From assembly GCF_009914755.1 (NCBI RefSeq), contig NC_060929.1: a stretch of 64,000 nucleotides of DNA; one strand, written 5' to 3'. The number at the start of each line of letters is the position of its first letter. Position 1 is the stretch's first letter. A program made the position numbers and the translations under genes. This document shows, piece after piece, positions 54,501 to 64,000 of this stretch. This DNA comes from the human T2T-CHM13v2.0 reference genome, Homo sapiens. Below the pieces are notes generated by a model. That model did no database searches. It was not told the DNA's origin and was given only the letters and a program-made list of their open reading frames with translations.

Positions 54501-56749
54501 AACTTCTGATAATACCTAAGAAGTACATTTAATGATAGGAGTATCATAAACCATGGCAGACTGATAGAGGAGATATTTTTGTACAGAGGAACTTAGAATC
54601 TTTGTGGTTGTTTGAACACACCTTCTCATATTTGCGTAGTCCTCTATTATATGAATTCATTTAGGAACAGTTAAAACTAATATGGCCAATTGCCTTGTAT
54701 AGATACGCCCTTTAGGTTTGAGGCTTATAGGTATGAATAGAATGTTGGTCCACTGGACGTTATTTTTTCCCTTGGATAAACTCAATACCTCTTAACTGTT
54801 ATTTAAATGGTGACTGTAAGAACATTATTGTCCTTTACTTTCATAAAATAATTTATACTAATCTTCTTAAGTGAAATTAAGGTTAGGGACTATCATGTTA
54901 AATAACCAGCTAATCACTAAAAATCTTTTTTATTTTCTTTTTAATGCTGCATTAGTGGTTCAAGTGAGGTCTCTGTTTTGAGAGAATCAGTAAGTTGGCT
55001 GTTTTCGTTGGTATTTGGGAAAGCTAGGGATATGCTTGGGGTGTGGTGTAATTCATTCACATGCCTGATTTGTAAAGCCAGGTCTATCTTCCTGATTTTC
55101 TGAAGAATAGGCTCATGACATTTGACTGGACAATGAGGAAGAGTAGAAAAAGGGTCTGAGAAGAGTTTAAAGATTTGGCTACTATTTTGGATGTCTGGAA
55201 ACTTTTTCTTTACCTAAGTATCAACCCTTTATTCTTTCAGGGCTCAACTGCAAGACATACATTTCTGAATTAAGAGAGCATTAACAATAAAATTCCTGTC
55301 AGGGTCAATTGTTAAACTAGCAGTCAAGGTGACTGACTTGGGCAGTATGTAACTTGTGCAGTTTCCCCCTGTGTTGAGTGGTTTTAATCTAAATTTTCCT
55401 ATTAGCCTGAGTTTGGTTGCAAAGACCATATCCCTAAAAGTTTAAACCAGGGGAGAAAGTGTGTGTGCATATGTGTGCCTGTGTGTGCACAAATACCCCT
55501 CAGTGAAAAGCTCACTGCCAGCCCAGAACAGAGTAGGGTTCAGTCTTCAAAATGACAAGGAAGTCCTTTGGAACTTCTGGGCACTGCACTCCCTGTCTGC
55601 CAGGTATGACTAGCCAAACTGCAAACAAAATTCAAGTTACATAGATACCAGTTTGCTGTCTTGTTTACTGACATGTTTTATCTAAAACCAAGCTGTAGCA
55701 GTTACAAAAAAATAATTTATTTTCAAAGAGTTGATTTAGAGCTTAGCTTTGGTTTTATTTTTGCTAGGGAAGCATTTAAAGAGAATCTAAAATATGCTAT
55801 CCAGCTAACTAAGATATAGGGAGTTTTAACAGAAAATTGATTGGCCCACAAATAGGTAAATTAGTTCGGTGCAAAAGTGTATCAATACAGTATACGATGA
55901 ACTTACTAAGCACAGTGTAAGTTGCTAGGAATAAGGCCATCCAGAATTCTATGCTGAATAGCGTTTCAGGGTGACTTTGTATTTTGGCAACATATCCCAG
56001 ACAGTTAGTGGAAATGAGAGAACATGTTTTATTTAATTTGTACTTTGGTACCTTTTATGTGAACGAGGCATGTTTAAGCACTTAATGTTGTCACCAGCCT
56101 TTTAAAACTATCTTTTTTTCCCGCTGCCCAACTGTAGTTTCCCTTCAGTGTTGAGTGGTCGTAATCTAAACACATTAAGTTTTTGTCTTGTTCTTTCTGC
56201 AGAGATAGAAAGCTGGGTCTGAAAATAAAAGCAGAGCTTTTATACAAGGAGGTCAGTGTTTGTACTCAGAAAAGAAAGTATGTAAACCAGATTTCTAATG
56301 GTTTTTATAACTGTTCTGAATGACATTGGCATTTAGAGATTGGAAGCTTTTAAAATTCTTTGCTTAATATTTTTCCTCTGCAAATATTTTTCTTCATTAC
56401 CTGTCCTCATGTCAGTTTTCTTCCTGTCATGATCATTACAAAGTCCATTTTGGTATCCATGTGAATTGGTATAATTGGAGCCGGTGAAATTCAGATTAGG
56501 CATCAGGAAGAACTTTCTGAAAAGCCAGAACTGTGGGAATACTAAGAAGATGGGCAAGTTTCTTCTTAGAAACATATAAAGAAACATTTTAAAAGTGATC
56601 TTCTTGGGGAGTTTGTCTCCTTGCTTAGACCTGAGGGGGTGAGTGAAATAATCTTTTGTGACCACTTTCACTTTGTGCTTTTGTGATTCTCTGAATATAC
56701 ATATCCACTGTAAGTTTGAATGATTTTTATCATGGAATCTTATGTGTAG

Positions 56750-57540
56750 CAATTCCCTCTAATGACAGGAATAGATGGTCATCTACTCTCCTTAAGCTCT
56801 TCTAATGGTGACAAGAACCCACTTTCCTGGATAAGGAAGAGAGTCCATATTTGGACAGTTCTACTTGCTATAAAATAATTTTTAACTGTGGCCTAAAATC
56901 TGCCTCTGGTAATTCTCTCCACTTGCTCTTGGTTCTGTCCCCCTGAGACATTGTGTAGTAACTCTGTTTTTTCTTGGATATCATCCTTTAAGACTTTGAG
57001 AACAGCTGTCATATCCTCTCGTTAAGTGTCCTCTTTGCCAGAATAAATCCCTGATTTCAAAAGCCTTTCTTCTCATAGTGTGGCCCTCAACATCCAGTTA
57101 AAATGCAGTGCCTCTAATTGAACAGAATCCCTCAGCAGGCCATGGCCAATGCAGAGGACCATGGGGTCATCACCTTCCCTGTTCTGCCTACTGTCCTTCA
57201 GTCTCAGGTAGTCTGAGTTCATTTTGGGTGACTGTATCAAACTGCTGCCCCATCCTGAGCTTACTGCTGTCTGAAATCTCTAGGTCCTTTCCACGTCAAT
57301 GCTATTTATCTGGTCCTCTTGCATCCTGTGTTGTGCTGCTGAGTTTTCTTTAACTTAAGTACAGCATTTTCATTGTTAGTTGGTGAAGTTCGTCTTGTTA
57401 GTGTTGGTCCTGTTGAGGTCTTTCTGAGACTTGATTCATCCTGACTGACCCTTCCAACTTTGCTTCTACCATTGGTAAATTTGATAATGATATCTATGCT
57501 GTCATTGAAGCCATAAGTAAACATGTAGAACAAAGTAGAG
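56750..57540 (-). mobile_element. L3/CR1 LINE fragment
   Basis: ggacagttcta...aaatctgcctc...ttggttctgtcc...gaacagctgtcatatcc...cctctttgccagaataaa resembles L3 consensus. Confidence 0.6.
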
Positions 57541-58439
57541 CATTGCTTGTCTTGTGGAAAGCCTTCTTATTTTTAAAATGATAATTTCTTTGTTTCATCC
57601 CAATGTAGTAAAGAAATGGTCAGGCTAGTGGCTGATTAAATGGGTCACAACTGGTGGCTTCCCTTTGTTGTGCCCCTACAGACCTTCACTCAAATTCTTA
57701 GCCTTGCAAGTCTGAAAACAAGTTTTCTTTCAAGTCAGATGTGCTATCTAAATCAAGTGTTGGAAATTGCTTTGTAAAAAGGGTTTAAATTATGAAATAT
57801 TGGAATCATAGAGAATAGTACAGCAAGTAATATAACAAAGCCCTCTTTTAACTTATCACCTATAGTTAAGACAAGTCGAAAGGTTAATGTTTTTCCTTCT
57901 CGTCCAGAAAGCTAAAGAATGTTGTCAGCCACAGAGAGATGTTGTGGCACCCTGTACTAAATACACGGTACTGAATGTTCTGGCCAAAGAGAAAACGTTT
58001 CTCATTGGAGAACCCTGATGAGATCAGCCATTGAGAGTGCTGCCAAACGACTCCAGGTTGAGTAGGTTCTGCAAATCATGTTGCTTTCTGTGGCTGCTCT
58101 TTCCAACATATATCTTGTGTTCCAAAGGAGCAGTTTTGGTGCAGGATAGTTGACCATAGGTGTGTGAACTTGCCCCAAGAAACAAAGGAAGACTACGGTG
58201 CTGGCATTAAAATGTGAGCTTTATAGCAGTTCAAGGGACAATCAAGAAAATAAATAACAAAGAAAAGCAGAAAATGGCAGAAAGCCCTGGATATGATAAG
58301 AGGCCTCATAAATATCACTGCAGTCTGAAGGGACTGACCCACAGTTGTGGATAGCTAGAGGCAATTCTTGGCTTCAAGGGATTTCAAGAACCTGTAAGGA
58401 TTGCCAGTGTGTGTAGCTGCATCGCTGTGAGGACTTGGC

Positions 58440-58640
58440 TGTGAGAGTTTAAGAGACTGCCTGGCTCAGCCTCCTGACAAGCTGTGTGATCTTAGGCAAG
58501 TTATTTAAGTGCTCCCTGCCTCAGTTTCCTCATTTGTCAAATGAGGATTATAATAGACACCTACCTCAAAGGACTGTTGTGGGATTAAACTGATCAACTG
58601 AAAGCTGTTAGAACTGAGATTGACAGGTTGGCTAGGTGAT
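58440..58640 (+). mobile_element. MIR
   Basis: agctgtgtgatcttaggcaagttatttaa...gcctcagtttcctcatttgtcaaatgaggat. Confidence 0.85.
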
Positions 58641-59194
58641 GATATGTGTTGCTCTAATCATGAGGATGACCATGTATAGTGCTGATTTTATTTTTAAGAA
58701 CATATCCTCTGGGCTAAAGGAATGCTGCCTTAGGGGGAGCTGCAGTATTTACTCTATCTCCTGTGAAACAGAGTGAAACATTCATGTTTGCTGGCTGGAT
58801 CTTGCCCCAAGGACAATGCTAAATAAATATTGAACAATTCTCATTCTTTAGATTTTCTGTTTCTAAAAGTCATTTAGATGGCCATACTTTTGTTTGTATT
58901 CTTCATCACAACATCACCCTTTATTTAAATACACAGAATGTGTTAGATTTCTCAAGTTTATTTAGTCACCGATCACATTTCAGGCGGGCAGCTTCTTTTG
59001 ATATTATGGAGGCAGATACATATCTTTCCTCGATAAGGTGGGTAGTAAGTAGCTAATTTTACTCAAATTGTATAGACTATTTTTGTTAGTGTTAGAGAGT
59101 AGAACTTCACAAGTTGGGAGTTTGTCTTTTTGGCGCCTTTAAATACCTATGAACCAGTTACACACTAACTATTGTTTTAATCTTGAAATAAGAG

Positions 59195-59335
59195 CAAGGA
59201 GTAGATAGTAGATAGGCCTGAATTCGAGTCCCAGCTGTGACCTTCCAATTTGTACTATCTCACTTTCCCATTTATAAGGTGGGAATAACAAAACCTAGCT
59301 TGCAGTGTTGTGAGATTTAAACGTATTGCCAAATA
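59195..59335 (+). mobile_element. MIR fragment
   Basis: cctgaattcgagtcccagctg...tttcccatttataaggtgggaataac. Confidence 0.6.
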
Positions 59336-59849
59336 GTGGTTTCCAGAGTTATTCAGTGAATATATCGCCATCTAATTCTGATCTAAAAACAGTTTTTCTA
59401 AGGTTCAAGTTTAAATGTAAAGCATTAACATGCATATTACTTATAGTTTGTGGTTAAGTTTATAGCTTATAGTTCTGTTTATAAATTTATAAAATGAATT
59501 TAATGAAATCTACTCAACTTATCCTCAAATGTAGAGTTTTTTAAATAGTAAACTGTCCCAGTCAGATATGTTGTATATATCTGTGACCCGCAGAGAAGTA
59601 GTTGGGGGTAAAAATGCTTCTTCCCCTGTTAAGAGGTGCTCGCAAGGCTAGGAGAATGACTGGTGATGGCCATGTAGGTGGTTAGATAGGTAGGGATGTC
59701 CTACTTATCTTGTTGGATTCCAGTGTTGCCTTGCATCGGTAGGCACCTTTAAGGCAAAATAAAGGAAAATATATTTCAGTAGACTGCTGACTTGATCATG
59801 TATGCAACCTATAATCAATATAGGTTCAAACTGTCCACCATAAGGAGGA

Positions 59850-60068
59850 TTTTTTTTTTTTTTTTTTTTGTCAGGGTTTCATCTGTTGCCCAGGCTTGAG
59901 TGCAGTAGCACGATCACAGCTCGCTGCAGCCTCAGCCTTCCTGGGCTCAGGTGATCCTCCTACCTCAGGCCCCCGAGTAGTTGGGACTACAGGTGTGTGC
60001 CACCATGCCTGGCTAATTTTTGTATATTTTTGTAGAGACAAGGTTTTGCCATGTTGCACAGGTTGGAA
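59850..60068 (-). mobile_element. AluJ, 5'-truncated
   Basis: Poly-T; gatcacagctcgctgcagcctc...gggctcaggtgatcctcc. Confidence 0.9.
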
Positions 60069-61274
60069 CTGTTTTGAAGGTTGATATTTTTAATGGTTTA
60101 AAATTTTAGATTTGAAAATGAAAAATTTATTCTCTAGTTTATCCTAAAAATTAAGTAGCTGTTTAGAATCTTTTGGTTTTTTACTTGCTCTGTGTTGAGT
60201 CTTTAATTAAACAGTTGAAAACTAACATCTTAGATGTCTTTGGGACAGTATGTACTGAGCTAGATTTTTTTTTTGCAATGATCAGATGAAATTCTTTAAT
60301 TTTTTCTTCTTCTCTGCCTTTAAGCTAAAAAAAAAAAACCCTCTAATCTCTTATGCAGAAAAGTAGAAAATTCTTGATGTTCTCTGTGACAAGAATAATC
60401 CATTTTTAGTAACTGTGCTCAACCTAATTTAGCATGTGGGACTTCAATGGGAATGCGTTAGTTTCTGTGATTGTTGGGAAGATGTTTTTATTGACTTGGT
60501 AGTTATGTGTGCTTTCATTATGTGGTCAAAAGGTTTGGAGTTGTATAGTTTGGAAGGAGGGTATAACCAGTTAAAAAAACAAAATGCGGATCTGTGTCTA
60601 TCTTGTCAGGAATGAGATAACTTAAGGGGTTGCTGTAACTTAAGGATTTCTTCAGTTAGACATATACCTTGAAAAACTCAAATCATCATAAGTTTTGGAA
60701 GCATGCCTTTGCTTGGCTATTAAAAAATTTGTTCAAAGAGAAGGGGTCTTATGTAATACATAGTGGCCATTTGGTTTTAAGGAAAGAATTGGGATACTGT
60801 GGCACAGTCATCAGGATATTTGACAAGTTACTGTGTCATAATGTACTTCCAGGGAAGACCCATAATTACTGTGTGGCCAGCAAACTTCTCTTTTAGTTGT
60901 TTTTGAAGGGATAGGGTGGTCATGGAATGAGAATTGCTTTCCTTTCTGCTAGGTAAATTTTAAAGTCATGTGTCTCTGGAAAGCTTTTTGTATTCATTAC
61001 ATGTGCTGGGGTTTTGGGTGATTTCAAGAGGCCCAGAGTAGACAGCATAATATTAATATAATCTACAGTGTCAGAAGTATGGTAAATTGTTAGAAATGGC
61101 ATTTAAAATGATACAGTTTTTCTTTATTATGTAAACAGTTATTTATCAATGAAGCTGTTTTCTCCTAGCTCTTCTCATTTCTGAATTAAGGGACACTTGT
61201 AGAAGTACATCTAGCACTACATTTGGGGTAAAATTGTTGAGATTGAGAGGGAGAGGGTAGTGTGTGTGTGGTCA

Positions 61275-61912
61275 GCATAGCCTCCCCCAGTATCCACATC
61301 CCCCACCAGGAATATCACAATTTAGTGAACTTTTTTTTTTTTTTTTTTTAACAATTGATGAACTAACATTGACACATCATCATCATCGAAAATCTGTAGT
61401 TTACATTAGGGTTCACTCCTGATGTTGTATATTCTATAGGTTTGCACAAATGTATAATGATAAAGTATCCACCTTTATGGTATTACATAGAGTGTTTTCA
61501 CTGCCCTGAGAATCCTCTGTGCTCTGCCTATTCATCCCTCCCCCACCTACCAACCCTTGGCAACCACTGGGTTTTTAACCATCTCCATTGTTTTGCCCTT
61601 TCCAGAATGTCATAGAGTTGGCATCATGTAGTATGTAACTTGTTCAGATCAGCTTTTTTTTTTTCACTCAGTGACATGCATTTAAGGTTCCTTCATGTCT
61701 TTTCATGACTTGATAGCTCATTTCTTTTTAATGCTGAATGCTAACGCTAATACCATCAACTGGATGTACCACAATTTATTTATCATTTGCCTACTGAAAG
61801 ACATCTTGGTTGTTTCCAAGTTTTGGCAATTCTGAATAGAGCTGCTGTAAACATCCATGTGCAGGTTTTTGTATGATGTAAGTTTTTAGTTCCTTTTGGT
61901 AAATATTGAGGG
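61275..61912 (-). mobile_element. L1MC1/2-like 3' end
   Basis: acaattgatgaactaacattgacacatcat...tagtttacattagggttcactc...ctgccctgagaatcctctgtgctctgcctattcatccctcc. Confidence 0.85.
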
Positions 61913-62304
61913 TTATTCTACTATTTTTAATTCTCTGTATAGCACTTATCTGATATTTTCTTACTTTATCTTTCCAACAGAAGGCTCTAGACCATGAGAA
62001 CAGGGATTTGCTCGGTTTATTGCTGCATCCCTTGTTCCTAGAACAGTGTTTTGAATATATTTTAATAAGGGCTTAATATATGTTTGATGAATTAATGTAT
62101 AAAGCTACATTTTACTAAGAAAAAAGTGGTATATGAAAGCATAGCGGAAACACACAAACAGTAGGAAATGATTCTTTTGGTTTACAAAAATGTTCTCCCA
62201 TTCTAGTTAATTAACTTTGAGTCCTTTTTGTGCATAAGAATATTTGAGGGAAATTTGAGAGGAAATAATTACTTTATATCCTGCTTTATTCATTTTTAGC
62301 TTTT

Positions 62305-62505
62305 TAAAAATTTTTTATTTCAATAGGTTTTGGGGAACAGGTGGTGTTTAGTTACATGAATAAGTTCTTTAGTGGTGATTTCTGAGGTTTTGGTGCACCC
62401 ATCACCCAAGCAGTGTACACTTTACCCAATGTGTAGTCTTTTATCTCTCACCTGCCTCTCACCCTTTCCCAAGTCCCCAAAGTCCATTGTATCATTTTTA
62501 TGCTT
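62305..62505 (-). mobile_element. L1PB-type 3' end
   Basis: tttcaataggttttggggaacaggtggtgtttagttacatgaataagttctttagtggtgatttctgag. Confidence 0.85.
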
Positions 62506-62579
62506 TTGTATATCCTGTGTTATTCCTAAAATAAATTGGAGTAGTTTAACAATGAAAAATAAAAAGACTAAACACATAA

Positions 62580-62810
62580 TAGGGTCTTACTCCATGCCAG
62601 GCAGAGGCATTCATTATTACATTTGACTGTCACTAAAATCTAAAGGACTATATTTAATTCCATTTTCAGATGAGGAAAGGAAATTAAGTTACAGAAATTA
62701 AGCCAGTTGTTTAAAGCTAAACAGTGATAAGTGATAGAGTCAGGCTTGGGATCCAGGCCAACTGACTCCAGATCCAGGGCTGGCTGACTTAACCATGATG
62801 CTCTCTGGCC
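62580..62810 (-). mobile_element. MIR
   Basis: ccattttcagatgaggaaa...aagtgatagagtcaggcttgggatccaggc...tgactccaga. Confidence 0.7.
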
Positions 62811-62827
62811 TTCATTATGTGGGAGGG

Positions 62828-63475
62828 TCTGTTAGTACATTCTTGCATTGCTATCAAGAAATATCTAAGACCGATTACACTAAAATCTCAGAAATCACCA
62901 CTAAAGAACTTATCCATGTAACTAAAACCCACCTGTACCCCGAAAACTATTGAAAGAAAAAATAATTTAAAAGGAATGATGGAATTAGAAAATCATCATT
63001 TGACAACTATTACAGCAATAATTCATTAAGGCAAGAAAAATCAGATTTTTCTTGAAATTAAGAAATGAGATGAGGCGTGAAAAAGAAGAAATATCTCAGA
63101 GTGGGTAATATATAAAGAAAAGATGTGTAACTGGCTCACAGTTCTGTAAGCTGTACAGGAAGCATGGTGCTGGCATTTGCTTGGTTTCTGGGGAGGCCTC
63201 AGAAAACTTACAGTCATGGCAGAAGGTGAAGGGGGAGCACACAGTCACATGGCCAGAGCAGGAACAAGAGAGCAAAGGGGGACACGTTATACACTTTTAA
63301 ATAAGATTTTGCAAGAACTCGCTATCACAAGAACAGCACCAAAAGGATGGTGCTAAACCATTCATGAAGGAGCTACCCCCATGATCCAATCACCTCCCAC
63401 CAGGCCCCACCCCCAACACTGGGGATTATAATTGAACATGGGATTTGGGTAGGGACATGGATCTAAACTATATAA
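62828..63475 (-). mobile_element. MaLR solo LTR (MSTA-like) interrupted by an insertion
   Basis: ggctcacagttctg...aggaagcatggtgctggc...ggggaggcctcag...cccatgatccaatcacctcccaccaggccc; perfect 5-bp TSD gaggg (62823-62827, 63476-63480). Confidence 0.9.
62871..63085 (+). mobile_element. Short L1PB 3' end plus extra downstream sequence inserted in the MST LTR
   Basis: cactaaaatctcagaaatcaccactaaagaacttatccatgtaac...aaaactattgaaa; TSD aagaaatatct(a/c)aga at 62856-62870 and 63086-63100. Confidence 0.8.
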
Positions 63476-64000
63476 GAGGGTAAAAAAAAGGATGGAAGGG
63501 GCATAAATTGGTAAAATGAAGGCCTGTAGTGTTGGCAGAGAGAAAAGAGAAGAATAGGGAGGGACAGTTAAATACTACGAGACAGGTTGGGATGAGATGG
63601 CCTGAAATTCAGAGGGACATCATGGGCATGCCCAGAAGAGTGGGGCCTTCCAGGATAGCTGGGGTTGGGATGAGCAGAAGGGCCAGGGCAGCATGCTCAC
63701 TGGTAATGAAAGGTATGAAATCCTGAGGATTTCACTTCAGGGTCTTTGGGGAGACAGAGGAGCAGGACACACTTCTAGGCAAATGTGCTGATAGAATTTG
63801 TGCATTAAAGAGGAAGGAAGATGATCCTGTGTCCTTGGAAGGCCACATAAAGGATAGACAAAGTGAGGAGTTAGCATATAGCACAGGTAACATTTCTCTG
63901 TGCCCTCATAAGCTAGTGCTTGTACCACTTTATATCCCAGAAAAAAATCAGATACACAACTGAGGTAGATTAAGATCCTGGAAAATGAGTGCTCTGTTGA

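Noticed and set aside
56333-56752. Longest non-Alu ORF (139 aa, minus strand)
   Set aside because: No recognisable domain, non-ATG start, partly overlaps CR1-like sequence; compatible with chance.

Overview
Primate (almost certainly human) genomic DNA that is nearly all intron. The only coding sequence I can support is a 44-nt exon at 14141-14184 (+). It has a canonical acceptor and donor and encodes MELSCSEAPLY, which I recognise from memory as the N-terminus of ARHGEF28 (RGNEF/p190RhoGEF). The window is therefore the end of the preceding intron, the start-codon exon and about 50 kb of the next intron. The rest is a mosaic of about 27 Alu elements or fragments, old L1/L2/MIR/CR1 pieces, DNA-transposon relics, five solo LTRs (MER21-like, two MST, LTR3/HML-6-like, MLT1-like) and microsatellites. 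The ORF-track entries are repeat-derived or chance ORFs. I found no convincing new biological system. The best leads are modest: an overlapping uORF whose AUG is the first triplet of the exon; a sense MER21 LTR that could be an alternative promoter; an antisense Alu with a gained GTAAGT donor that would give an in-frame 72-nt exon; a probable L1 3' transduction inside an MST LTR; a three-armed Alu within one TSD pair; a perfect 17-bp inverted repeat; and a dispersed ~35-bp duplicated motif block. Repeat subfamily names come from remembered consensus sequences, and boundaries of old repeats are approximate.
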